Assembly (NCBI GenBank): GCA_024137785.1 | Contig: JAHRHZ010000089.1 | Location: 2,725,986 to 2,789,985 of the forward strand | Length of the DNA stretch: 64,000 bases | Source of the DNA: Ginglymostoma cirratum | Lineage: Eukaryota | Direction of reading: 5' to 3' | Shown here: piece by piece, positions 26,236 to 39,249 of the stretch | How the letters are laid out: every line of letters starts with the position of its first letter | Numbering within the stretch: the first letter of the stretch is position 1 | The notes under the pieces: model-generated | What the model was told of the DNA's origin: nothing | Seen by the model: the letters and a program-made list of their open reading frames with translations, nothing else | Databases searched by the model: none | Position numbers and translations under genes: made by a program

Positions 26236-28579
26236 CATAATGGCTGATTCAAGCGATATAGATGGAGGTCTGGGTGTGAGCCCCTTAACTTGAGCTGAAT
26301 GGGGCTTAAGAGTGGGAAAGTTAAATAATGGGAAAATGTACATGTTATTTTAACAGCAGTGTTGAATAAATATACCTACTAGGGACAGAAGCATCATCTG
26401 CTATCTAAAACTAGAAGATCCAAGGTTGTATTCCTGCTCAGTACTGAGTATTTTAAACTGGGCTTTGTGGCCTTATGAGTGAGATAGAGGAAACAAAATC
26501 TGCAAGGATTCCTGTTGTTAACTGCTATTCACTGGATCCTGCTGCCAAATTTTTTGAGTGGTTTTGTGTAAAGGTAAGATTAGTCCTGATGCTTCCCAAG
26601 GCATAGTGACTCCTGGCGGTCCAGTGGTGAAAGGGACAAATGAGAAATACTCAAGGGCAGCCAGCTCTCACAGATCTAAACCAACAGGGCAGGAACACAG
26701 AAAATTGGGGAAAAACATAAAAGTATACTTGGCTGCCAAATTTGTGTCAGCTCCAAGACAACTGTGTTTCTTCATCTTCTCCACCTGCCATTTTGTATTT
26801 ACTGTTCAAATGCAGGTGCAAAAAACTGTGCTCAGTATATGACAGTGAATAATTATTGCACTGGTGTGAACATTCAAAAAGGCTAAATTTGGGATGGTAG
26901 AGATTTGTATGTTGGTGGTGCAACAAAAACGACTTTGGACACGAGCGTGATCTGAAATAGTTTGGCAGCTAGGCTGCCACGCTGCATGTTTCATCTTGTT
27001 TTCTAGTTAGAATGAGGTCTTTTAAGATTTTGTGTGTGTCCCACAATCAATGCTGATTTCCTTTACCGATACTTTTGACTAGTATCGGTATATGCAGAGA
27101 TTGTGGAACTGCACTGGGAAGACTGATCAGAGCTAGTTTTCACAGTAACTGAACAAGTTGAGCTATAACATGATTTTTAACCATTTTGAAATCACATTTT
27201 GCAATTATAGATCAATTTTTGTTTCAGGACCAAATCAGTAGCTTTCGTTTATAACTTTGACTTAAAATCTGTTTTATGAATAGAGAGATGGCTTATTAAT
27301 TTACATGTTCTTTTTGATGTTAATATCACCCCCTTCCCTTCAAAGGCTTTTGTCTACATTTAGCTTCTTTTGTCCTAAGGCATGTGGGAGAAGTGAAATA
27401 CATGACTTGGCTGTCAATGTTCCATGTTAAGCTGACAGTATATTTTCTGTGTAAATGGCATCAAGTGGTGTCGTCATGTATGATGTGAGATAGTATCAGC
27501 TTTGACATGATGTAGTTTCTGAGAAGGAATTTGCCTTTTTTGATGAAAAAAATAGAATAGCAGATGAACATTTGTGTTCTAAGTTCAATTTTTTAAAATC
27601 ATACAGCTTATCCGAACTAATGTATCCTCTGGGATACTATCTATGTCCTACGTTTGGGTGGACTTTTCCCTTCTGTTGAACAATGGTGAGAAAGGTGAGA
27701 AAATGCTATGAGAAGGAGAAAAAAGGACACATGCATCTGAGCATCTTATGGCCCTTAGCTTGCATTCACTCACTTTGCATCTACTTGGAGGCTGCCAGCC
27801 TCCATATACTTCACATTGCGTTCTTAGAGCACACTGGCAAACTTCAGCACTGATTTATGGGCTGCCAGTCTCTGTATGGCTCATGTTGCTTTCTTAGCAC
27901 ATGGTCTTCAGTGCTGTGTTCTAGCTTAGAACAATGTGGCTTGCATTGCTTATTAGCATAGAGGCAGAGGTAGGCAGTTTGTGATGGTGGAGGGCACTGA
28001 ACTGTATGGCACTATGCTTCACCAGTATCAGACCTGCAGCATGTGCCAGCAGCTTACACGGCAAGCACAGTGCACGTGCTTCAAGCAAATCACCATGTCT
28101 GAAAGTCAGTGGAACCAGACATCACTCAAGTGAAGCGGGACTACCATCAGAATGGGGGTATCTTACGGTCAGTCAGGTGGCCATCTAATTCCAATCTAGC
28201 TTGGTCCTCCTAGAGCCTGGGAATCTGTGTCCTTGCAGTCTGGGGGTTAAGCCACAGTCAGTCCTGCAGTTATAAGTATGTCAATCAGAGTGCTGTTGAG
28301 ACACCAATCTAGAGAGCAGGGTCCATTTTTCCTGTAGTGAGACAGAGAGAAGGATTGAATACAATGGAAATGAATGGAAGTGCAGTTGCTGGTGAGGCAG
28401 GTTCAGTTGAGGCATTCAGGAGGGCATTGGATGATTATTCGGATAAAAATAATATGCAAGGGGATGGGAACAATGCAGGAGGTTGTCACTAGGTAATGAT
28501 GCTCATTTAACAAACCAGTTCAGGTATGATGGACCAAATGTGCCTTAACACTTCTGTGACTCTGTATCCCAGGAACTCT

Positions 28580-29700
28580 GATCCTGTGCCTCCTTTTGAA
28601 TTGTACCCTTTATTTTATATTGCCTCTCCACGTTCTTCCTATAAAATTATATCACTTCAGGGCACACCAGATTAAATTTCATCTGCCCATTCCCCAAGCA
28701 TGTCTGTGGTCCCCTTGAAGCCGCATCACTACTAACCTCATAATTCACAAGGCTTCCAAGTTTAGTGTCATACACACATTTTGAAATGGTGCCCTGCACA
28801 CCAAAGTTGACATCATTAATCTAGATCAAGGAGCACAGTGGTCCTTGGGGAACCTGAGAGTACACTTTCCTGTACTGTAAAATAAAACTGCTGTATTTTT
28901 CCTGCCAGTGAGCCGACTTCATAATCATGCTGTCACTGTCCCTTTTTATTCCATGTGCTTTGACCTTTTTGACCTGTTATGTGGCACTTCATCAAATGTC
29001 TTTTGGAAGGCCATGTACATCTGATCAATAGTATTGCCCTCATCAACCTCATCTAAAAAAAATCTGCATCAGTCACTTCAACACAATTTGCTGTTAACAT
29101 ATCTATGTTGACTTTCCTTTATTAATTCTTATTTGCCCAAGTGACTGTTGATTTTGTCCTGATTTCTACAACTGACTGTTCTGTAATTGCTGCATTTGTC
29201 CGCTACCTTTTTGGAACAAAAGTAGTTTTGAACAATGTTTGCAGTTCTCCAGGCTGCTGGCACCAGCTCTGTATCTGAGGGAGGATTGGAAGATTATGAC
29301 CAGTGTTTGCACCAATTCCAATCTCACTTCCCTCTGTATCTTGGATATATCTTACCCAGCCCTGGCGACTAAGTAACTTAGCAATCTTTATTAATTTTTA
29401 GCCCTTCCAGTGTCTCAACTGTCTGCATGTTCACAGTTTTGGCAGCATCTTCTTCCTTGTAAAAGATTCAAAGTATTCATTTGGTACCTCAGCTATGCCT
29501 CCTGACTCCATGCTTAAATAGTTTTGTTGCTCCCTAATCAACCTTGCTCCTCCTTTTAATGTTTATATGCTTATAGAAGATTCTTGGATTCCTTTTTATG
29601 TGTACTATCAACCTCTTCCTATACTCTCTCTTTGGGCCTCTAATTACTTTACTTCCCTTCTAGATGTTCAATGTTCAACTCCATCCTCGTCCTTTCAGGA
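28580..29700 (-). mobile_element. Old degraded CR1 RT fragment
   Basis: Reverse remnants such as gtggcacttcatcaaatgtcttttggaag and ccaagtttagtgtcat. Confidence 0.65.
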
Positions 29701-30617
29701 AAGGAAAGCTAGAAAACTCATGCCACTTGGAGGAGGGAAGAGCAAGTTTGATTCCAGACTTGGCCTTTTAAAAAAATTTTTGGCAACAATGGCAATTAAT
29801 TGTACAACTTTATAAAGCATGTTGTTTGCTAAGTGGGCACTTTGTCTCTCCCTCCTCACTCTGATTCCTAGAATTGCAGTCATGCAGATTACATGAAGAA
29901 GAGACTAAGAGTGACATCTTTAACCATATCCTAAAGCTTTGAGCTGAATGGAAGTGGTCACAAAATTCAGATGTTTGTTGTTTTAACCTGCACCGAGTCA
30001 CGGGGCTGTTGTAGGCTGGAGCCCCAATAGATTGATGCTTCAGAGCAGTACTGAGGGTGTGCTACTGTCTTCTGATACAATTCTCAAGTGGAATTGAAAA
30101 ATTCTTTGCTTATAAAAGCACAGTACTGCGGATGTTGGAGATCTGAAGTAAAAATAGAAAATGCTGGAGAGACTTAGCAGGTCCAGCAGAATCTATAGAG
30201 AAAGAATCAGAGTTGATGCTTCAAGTCTGATATGACTCTTCTTCAGAACACATTTCTTGACACTATTCAAAAGTGGAGCAGGAAGCTATGAATGTACTGG
30301 TTAGTATCTGTCTCTTTTGAGTCTCAGTGTTGTCTGCAGGACCTATCTGTGCATAAATTGGTTCTGAAGTGACTTGAGACGTCTAGTCATCATGAAATGC
30401 AGTTCATGAAATCCAGTTCTGACAAAGCATCACTGGACTCGAAACATTAACTCTGCTTCTCTCTCCACAGATGCTGCCAGACCCGCTGAGCTTTTCTAAC
30501 ACTTTCTTCTTTTTTTCATGAGCTGCACTATGCTAGTTTGGTCTGTACTGACTCCTGAGAGCGCAGCGGCAGAATGTGAAATGGAACGATCCTTAATTCA
30601 GGCCAACGTGCCACAAG

Positions 30618-31215
30618 GTGGCTCCCACAAGAAGCAGGAAGGTGAGAACAGCAACTGTCTCTGAGAGTGACTTGACTATTCTCCTGATTGAAGTTGGACA
30701 TGAAATGAATGCAAAAATGACAGCGGGTGATAAGAAGTCTGCAGCCAGCCAAAATCATTTGGAAGGAAGTGGCATAGTCAGTGAGTGGCAACTCCCTTAT
30801 CCTCAAGACACCAACACCAGTCTCAAGTTTCATGACTGCACAAGGTCAGCAAAGGTAAGCTGCCGTTCATCATCTTTATTTTGCATTTAAATGTTCAGTG
30901 AAAAGGTAAGGTTATAACCCTGTGGACTGTACAGATGTGTTCACAGTTATGTTGCTGCACTGGAGAATCTTGCATTGGGTATGTGCCTTTGCAGGATCAT
31001 TTTCAGTTTCAAGATTCTATAAGGAAAATCTTATATATGTTCTGGTAATTTTTAAACAAGCAAGTCTCTACCTGAAAGTAATCAGGGTTTCTGTTTGCAT
31101 GCAGGAAAGCAAATTAGGCATAATTTGCAGGAAGACTCCATTGCATAAGGAAGAACAGCAATCATTTATCCACTAACTCAGTACGAAGAGGAGGCAGCCG
31201 TTATACTGGAGTCCC
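30618..31215 (+). pseudogene. Decayed PIF/Harbinger Myb/SANT-like gene with one intron (30855-31104)
   Basis: SESDLTILLIEV, WKEVA*SVS, KFHDCTRSAK|GTaagc ... gcAG|..HNLQE...PLTQYEEEA, a NAIF1/MSANTD-like pattern with stops and frameshifts. Confidence 0.6.
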
Positions 31216-31559
31216 ACTCTTCTGAGGTGGAGATGTGCATCCTCAAGTGAAAAGTGCACCACAAGTACCATTGTTCACAGCCAACACAAAAAATCACTTT
31301 TCAGACTGTCTGTGCTTAGAGGAGACCCTTACATGAATGGAACAAGAAAAAAATGCCAGCTTGTAGGAAACATATCACATTTCCCCATTAATTTCCCTCC
31401 ACAGAATCGGAAAACCTATCTGATAGCAACATCTTCAAAAGCTTACCCAGCAGGAATTCACTCATGCCATCATGAACTTCAGGTTTGCAGTCACCAGCGG
31501 AAATGGTGTCACTTCAAGAGTTAATGGTATGAAATGGAGACCAGAGAATTAATGCAGGC

Positions 31560-32130
31560 TAGGAGTAGAGTGAGTGGCATTGAACCAATCTCCTGTTATA
31601 TGCTCAGCTCCATGTTAGTTCCATTGTGAAGTATATTTCAGGCAGACAGTATGATGCTATTGGTTTATCACTACTGCACAGGACACATTCCTACTCCAGA
31701 GTGCTGCACAACTTTCAAGGAAGACAGTGTAGAGGGTGTTGAAAGTAGAGAAGGATATTCATAAGTGATGGATGAGGAGATGCCAGTCCTCAACTGAAGA
31801 TCTTTTGGCGCACTGTACTGTTGAAGTCTCTGAAACTGTAGAACAGAAAAAGGTGGCAGTTCCCAGATTCCCCTCTGCAGCATTGTCTGATGCAGATCTC
31901 CTGACTCAACCTCTTGGGTGTTGATTGGACTGGGTGTCTGAATGAGGATGCTGACTGGTGTGGCTCTTCTCTCCACTCACCTGCTGCTCTGTTTTCTGCT
32001 CCAGCAAATAAATTATACAGAGGAGAATTGCAATTAGAGAAACCTTTTGCAGCAACTGTCTCCATTCTAGAGAAGGAAGAGCTGTTCGCAAGGGAAACTT
32101 GGACATGAAGCGAAGAGTGATCACAATATA
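31560..32130 (+). mobile_element. Possible RTE-clade LINE 3' remnant
   Basis: Degenerate WTGCL..., KLYRGELQ and DMK motifs resembling the RTE ORF C-terminus. Confidence 0.4.
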
Positions 32131-33039
32131 GAACAGAAATGATTTGACCAAAACCTAATCCAATCTCTGACTTAAAAAATAGCCATTCACCATTAAGTTC
32201 CAAGTATCAGCTTTCCTTAGTTGCTGTTCTGTACTGCTTGAAATCTTATAATAGCACAAGTTAGACTGGTGGCTTCATGGAAATCTCACTGTGAAACTAC
32301 CATCAATTGTCATTTAAAACCCATCAGGTTCACCAATGTCCTTTAGGGAAGGAAATCTGCTGTCCTTACTGGTCGGCCTACATGTGACTCCAGGACGACA
32401 GGATTGACTTTTAACCATGGCCAAGCAAGCCATTCAGTTCACGGTGCAATGCAGGATGAGCAATAAATGCTGGCCCTGCCAGTGATACACACATCCCATG
32501 AAAAAATGTATTTAAATGAAGCGTTCACTATATGCCCTTAGATCCTGAAAACTGCATGTGTAAAGTGGATGAGACTGCAGTAGAACAGACCCCAGTGCCC
32601 CCTGCACACCCCATTTTCCACGACTGGCCAAGTGATGTAAGCAATTGCAACCAGGGGCCAGGATTGGAGAAGTTTGGCTACATTTAGCACATACACTTGA
32701 AGCATTAATTTGCTCTTTCTCTGTTCAGATACTGACGTACATGCTGTATGTTTTAAATGTTTTCTGCTTTATGCTTTCAATCAGCTAAAATGTCTTTTGT
32801 CTTCTATTTCCTCATGAATTCAAACAGTTGAAAAAAAATGGGAAACTGAATGATGCCACAATGCACTGCCCTTAGATTAAGGATCTGAGAGGATCATTCA
32901 AAATTTGTCTCCAAATGAAGAACCAAAATGTTAATACTTTGCCCTCATTCTTACAGCAGATTGCATTTGTGTGTTTTGTTCATAAATTTGTTCTGAGTAA
33001 CTGTGACAAAGGACTGATGAGTCATCTTATAATGATAGT

Positions 33040-33760
33040 GAACCTCATCTTGAGCTTCTACAGTTCTTGAGTGAATGCAGCCACAGTGTTGTTTGATAGA
33101 GAACTTCCGGAATCTTCAGATAATAAAGGAATAGCAGTATATGTCCAATTTTCGATGGATGGTAACTCGGAGGTGCTCTAATGACATGGCCACCCTTGTT
33201 AAAACTTGCAGGGGAGGGGGCTGCAGTAAAAGTCAGTCTGGTAAATTGCTTTAGTGTGTAATCTATCTGTAATGCATTGGTGTGGCAGAGTGTGTTAAAT
33301 CCAGTGGAAGGCATGCTATTCAGTACAGAGTGCAAGATATAATATACAAAGAGGGGTCTTTGCTACTGAAGATTTTGAGCACTCCCTTGGAGATGGATTC
33401 TGGGGGATTGTAGCGTTGTTAAGGTGCACTGTTCTGCTCATATAGTGAGTGAGATTTTAACTTGCTTCTAATAACATTCACAGCATTAAAATTGGTCCCA
33501 TACGTCATGACTGGCAGAGTTTGATTGTGTGCTGCCATAACTTTGGGAATGATTGAACTTGATGAGAAGAAGTGGTTTGCTGGATGAAGGCCAGGAATTG
33601 GGAACAGATTTTTAAAATGGGTAGGAATAAGCTCAGCAATTCCATGCTCGACGAAAGTACAGTACAATTACTTGATGTTAAAGTGGTCACTTTTGTAGCA
33701 TCCTTTCTGACCAGCATTCTCAATGAATGCTGCTTGCTAATGGGATTGCGGAATTGCTAG
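33040..33760 (-). mobile_element. Old diverged LINE 3' fragment of a related family
   Basis: Degenerate match to the 3' part of the 53570-56345 LINE. Confidence 0.5.
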
Positions 33761-34831
33761 AGAAAGGTTATATGTTCTGTCAGAATTGCTGTGTCTTTGT
33801 GAGCTGTTCAATTACAACTTAGATTAGTGCAACATTCCTTGCGTAAAAGAAGTGAACTCTCAGCACTTAACAAGGCAGTGAAGCAAGCACCCAAACAAGG
33901 GGAGAAATGTTGGCAGTGGTGGGGAGCTTAGCTGATCAGATAAATCTTTCTGAGACTTTTGAAGATGGTGAAGGAGGTAATGAGAAATGTCCTGATGAAC
34001 TTGAGGACAGTGACTCAAAATCTGACTTTTAAGTGCTAGGACAGATAGTGAAGAGCAGATAAGGGGAACGTTTCAAGGATGTTTTTGTCAAAATTTGGAA
34101 TAAAGCCATAGAGGAGTTTAAGGATGAAGACAAGTATATTGAAGCCCATCTCCAAGGGTCAAAGGAGCCATGGTAATGATGGATGTACTGGACATCTTGA
34201 GGGTTGGACCCGGAATTGAGGGATCCTGAATTTCTGGACCTTATGAAAAGTGAAGGCCAGGAAGACTGTTGAGAAAATCAGTCCTCAAGGTATTGTAAAT
34301 GTGAGATTTGAGATTCAGGACTGTTTGGGGGAGGGACGGGAGCTTTAAGTAAAGAGGGTTAAAGATTATATAATGATCTGACTGTGAAGTCACAATATTG
34401 TTTACATAACTAATATGTTCAGCTCAGAAAAGATACTGATGGAATAACTGCACTTGCTGCATTTCTTAAAAAATACCTATCTTCCTTTACATTTTTCAAA
34501 GTTAGTGTGTACTGGCCAAATGTAAATCTCTGAACTATTCTGAACAGCATTACATGTGACAAAGTACAATATAATGTACAGGTTATTTAATTTGATTGTA
34601 CAGAGTGGAAACTGGACATCACCTTGGTGAGGCACTTAGCTAAACTAGTTGCAGTGGAGGATGCTATCCTTGATGGGTTTTGATTGCTGTATTGAACTGT
34701 CACTTGTATCCCCTCTCCCTTCCCCTTTCCTCACCTGCTTATCTATGGATGAAGCATGCAAGCCGCGCACTGCCATGTTTCTTAAGAAAGTAGGATTGGA
34801 ACTATACTAATCGCAATGTAACCATTTACAG

Positions 34832-34964
34832 CCTACTACTGAAATCGAGAGCAAGAAGAAACATTCGGGCTCCCTCCTGGTGTCAATGGACCAGTTGAAT
34901 GCATCTTTCGGAAGGAAGGACAGAGCGAACAGTGTTTTAAGTGTTCTGACAAACACTCTAGAAG
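34832..34964 (+). CDS. SCN8A: Nav1.6 coding exon D (loop 1 end), not in the ORF track
   Basis: atttacAG / GTgtgt; 133 nt, phase 0/1; [44 protein letters not shown] aligns to Nav1.6 [22 protein letters not shown]...; phase fits exon E. Confidence 0.93.
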
Positions 34965-35774
34965 GTGTGTAGAACGTTATCCTTTTCAATTTCAAGATGG
35001 GTGACCTTCTGTTTCAGATGAGCTGCTCAAGTAATATTTTTTGATTCCAACAATACTTAAAGCTTTAAATTAATTGGTTCTCTGGTCTCCTTAAGTGTGT
35101 AGTGAGCACTATACAGGGCTATGCAGCATGCTATGGAGGGGCAAGCCTCCTCCCAACGTTCCCACTCTTGATTGCTGTCCAGGAGCTGCTGCAGGTAAGT
35201 TTTGGGATCAGATCTTTGTCTACACCTCCCCAACGACCGTTTCTCCAAAACCAGGCAAAATAAACTGATGTTAAACTGAACAAAATAGTAGAATGTTAGC
35301 ATTCAGTGGAATGCCTTCGTGGTGAAAGGTTTTCATTGGCTTTTTTACCGTTCAAGGGGCAAAATCACTGGAAATCCATTCACTGCCATCCTTTTGAATT
35401 CAGAAACTGAGTTGTACAGGCGAGACAAGTGGAAATTCATCAGGAGAATCTGCTCATGGTCCCTCACCATAACTGGTGGAATCCTCAAGCGTCCTGCAGT
35501 GAAATGACAGAGGCCATCAGTGTGGAAACAGGCCCTTCAGCACCATCTTTGGAAGTTTCCTGCAATGCTTTGAGGGTCAGATGTCAGGAGCGGCTAAGGC
35601 CAGAAACAGAGGGAGACACCCTAAACTAGGAATTGTGACCCAAGGAATTTTGGGACCTAATTCAGTTGTGATAAGCTTGGCAAGCCCATCACCATGTTGA
35701 TGTCTTTGATTAAAGCTGCTGATGAATAATTGCTCGTCACTCTGCGGTGTTTCTGTTTCACCAACATAGAGTGC

Positions 35775-36062
35775 ACATAGAACATAGAACATTACAGCGC
35801 AGTACAGGCCCTTCGGCCCTCGATGTTGCGCCGACCTGTGAAACCAATCTGAAGCCCATCTAACCTACACTATTCCATTATCATCCATATGTTTATCCAA
35901 CGACCATTTAAATGCCCTTAAAGTTGGCGAGTCTACAACTGCTGCAGGCAGGGCATTCCATGCCTTTACTACTCTCTGAGCAAAGAACCTACCTCTGACA
36001 TCTGTCCTATATCTATCACCCCTCAATTTAAAGCTATGTCCCCTCGTGCTAGCCATCACCAT
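35775..36062 (-). mobile_element. Young CR1/HER1 3' end with (ACATAGA)n tail
   Basis: STRGHSFKLRGDRYRTDVRGRFFAQRVVKAWN; near identical to 45955-46245. Confidence 0.92.
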
Positions 36063-36615
36063 CCGTTTATGACGGATAACAGAGATAACATTATCTCTGT
36101 TAAGAAACACTCTAAATCTGGAGAACTATAGTGGTGGGCCGATGAGAGTGTTGACCTGTGTGTGTCTGGGCAAATACAGTACTGTCAAAGTACTCTGCAT
36201 CAGTTGGCACTGTTGCTTATGTCATTCTTATCATCACGCTTATAGACTTTATGCAAATAACCGTATCTCATGTGTGTCAGCTGTGACTCAATTGGTGGCG
36301 TGTTAATCTCTCTCAAAGCTCTGGGTTCAAGTCCCATTCCAGAGCATGAGTGTAAAACTCCAGGCAAATGCTCCCAAGCAATACAGGGTAAGTTCCACCA
36401 TCTTTGGATGAGACGTTAAACTAAGGACCTGGCTGTTCTCTCAGGGGTGTGAAAGCTGCCAAGGCATTATCCAGAGCAGAGCAGGGGGCAATTATCCCCA
36501 GTATCCTGGCCAAAATGTAACTGTTGATTAACTTAAGGGGAAAAAAACAAAATTATTTGGTTCTGAGGAAGGGTCACCGGACCCACAATGTTAACTCTGA
36601 TTTCTCTTCACAGAT

Positions 36616-37140
36616 GCGGTGGCTCAGTGGTTAGCACTGCTGCCTCACAGCGCCAGGGACCTGGGTTCAATTCCACCCTCAGGCAACTGTCTGTGTTGAG
36701 TTTGCACATTCTCCCCGTGTCTGTGTGGGTTTCCCTATAACCCACCTAATCTATACATCGCTGGACACTACAGGCAATTTAGCATGGCCAACCCACCCTA
36801 ACCTGCACATCTTTGGACTGTGGGAGGAAACCAGAGCACCGGGAGGAAACCCACGCAGATACGGGAGAATGTGCAAACTCCACACAGACAGTCGACTGAG
36901 AGTGGCATCGACCCCAGGTCCCTGGCAGCAGTGCTAACCACTGAGCGCGTGTGTGTGTGTGTGCGTGTGTGTGTGCGATGCTGTGCAGGCTAGGTGGATT
37001 GGCCATGCTGCGTTACCTGTCGTGCCCGGGGATGTGTAGATTAAGTGGGTTATAGGGGGATGAGTGTGGGTGGGATGCTCTGAGGGTCGGTGTGGACTTG
37101 TTGGGCTAAAGGGCTTGTTTCCACACATTCTACGATTCTA
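36616..37140. mobile_element. Composite HE1-like tRNA-derived SINE (+ head, inverted copy, (GT)n, + tail)
   Basis: A-box tggctcagtgg and B-box ggttcaattcc in 36616-36733; reverse copy 36734-36945; + strand tail 36976-37140. Confidence 0.88.
36946..36975. repeat. (GT)n microsatellite
   Basis: Interrupted GT repeat at a junction of the composite SINE. Confidence 0.9.
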
Positions 37141-38422
37141 TGCTGCCAGACCAGTTGAGCTTTTCCAGCAATTTTATGTTTTTGTTTCAGATTTACACCA
37201 CCTTTTAGTTTTTTTCAGTTTTTAGTTCTTTTAGTTTTTAAAATTATCTGGTCTTTATTGCTGTTTGTGGACATTTACTGTGTACATATCACAACAGTGG
37301 CTACACTTCAATTGTGCTTGATTGACTGTAAAGCACTTTGAGATATCCAGTGGTCATGGCTTTGGTTCCCCATGAAGCAACAGAGGCGTTAGCACAGTGG
37401 TAATGTCACTAGGTTAGTAATACTAGAAATCCAAGTTAATGTTTCCATCAATTGTTATAAAAACCTATCAGGTTCACTTTAGGAAAGGAAATCTGTCATC
37501 CTCACCTGGTCTGGCCTACATGTGACGCCAGATTCTCAGCAATGTGGTTGACTCTTAACTGCCCCCTGAAATCTTATAGGCCACTCAATTCAAGGGGATG
37601 GGCAATGAATTCTGGCCTTGCCAGCAACATCCACATCTCATGAAAGAATGATGGAAAAATGTCAGTCATTATATCGCCCAGTCTGTTCTCAAGGCATTTG
37701 TGTAGTGCATTGCCATGTTGTCCAGTCCAGGCTCCTCACTCCCTTCTGAGTTCATTTGTGAGTGTAAAAGCTCTGGTGCTACAGTGGCCTGGGGTTAAAC
37801 AGTGTGACTGGAGTTTACCTGAGCTGAATAGTCTGGAAATCCCTGCTGAAAATGCACGTGGATGGACATCCAAGGCACTGAGCTTACCGACAAGGCCCTC
37901 TGTGGTGGGTATATGAAGAGTTGCCACCTTGGGGAGGTACTTGTGCCTTTCAAACCAGCCCACATCAAGGGGTAAAATTGGACATGACCGCAAAGTAAGA
38001 CAGGTTGAATCACACTGAATGCCTATCAAACACTCCACTGAGCGTAGTCCCATTGACTGCTGTAGAACCCAAGATTAAGTGTGATATAACAGGCAAAACA
38101 AAATGTGTCCCCATTTGTTTTGTGCCCTTGCTCTGAGTCCAGTTTCACCCCCATCCCTTTGGAAGATCCTTCCCACGCACTAATGGCAGGTGATAAGTGC
38201 TGGAGAGATTCCTAGTCAGTTATGTGATGGGGAGAGAGTAGAGCCCACAGCTGCAAATAACAACATGCAGTTAAAAGTGCACATTGCCACAGCAACTGTA
38301 ACACCCACCACCTTCAGAAAGGGATTGGCAGAATTCAGGAAGCACTGAACTATGCTGCACACAACTTCGTTGTTCGTAATTGTGGCTAACTTATTTCAAA
38401 CTCTTTGACTTTGTGATTTCAG

Positions 38423-38661
38423 AGCTCGAAGAGTCTCAGAGGAAGTGCCCACCCTGCTGGTATAAATTTGCAAATATGTTTCTCATCTGGGAATGCTGTC
38501 CCCTCTGGTTGAAGCTGAAAGAGTACATGCATCTGTTTGTGTTTGATCCATTCGTGGACCTTGCCATTACCATTTGTATTGCACTCAATACCCTCTTCAT
38601 GGCAATGGAACACTACCCAATGACGCCGTCCTTTGAAGATGTTTTGGCTGTGGGAAACCTG
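38423..38661 (+). CDS. SCN8A: Nav1.6 coding exon E (DII-S1)
   Basis: gatttcAG / GTaagg; 239 nt, phase 1/0; [18 protein letters not shown]...[39 protein letters not shown]. Confidence 0.97.
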
Positions 38662-39249
38662 GTAAGGCACATGTTTTAATTTCTGTTTTCAGAGCAGCAA
38701 TGGAAAATGTTAAGACAGATTATCAGACCCAGCAGTCTGTTCTGCTGTTTATGGTCCATACAAGTCTCCTCTCACCTCTTTGGAACTTATCTCGAATCCC
38801 CTCAAGTGTAGCTACACTATTCACCTCACCCACTTCCCCGGTAGCATGTTCCACACTCTGAGTAAAGCCATTTCTCCTGCATTCTTTGTTTCTATCTCAT
38901 TATGGGTCCCTACTTCTAGAGTCGCCCACATGTGGAAACAGCCTTTATGTCTACATCGACTTGATAAAATGTCTGCATAGTCTTAAAGATCTTAATCAGG
39001 TCTCCACTTCCTATTCCGAAGGAAAGAGCCGCAGGCTTTCTGAGTTTTTCTGATAACTATAATCATTGGTTGAGAGGTGCTTTAGTTTTCCTGTAGAAAC
39101 AATCTCGTATACCTGAATTCTCAGTGGTTATAGTCAGCGCTTGACTAGCAAGCTTTGGCAAAAATGTGTTCTCTCAACTTTTCAAGTGAGCTTTAATTTG
39201 GGCTTAAGATAAAATATTGAGCTTCCCATGTTTTGTCTTTAGCAATTGT

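Noticed and set aside
36616-36690. tRNA gene
   Set aside because: The A and B boxes belong to a SINE head that continues into SINE body sequence; no complete cloverleaf.
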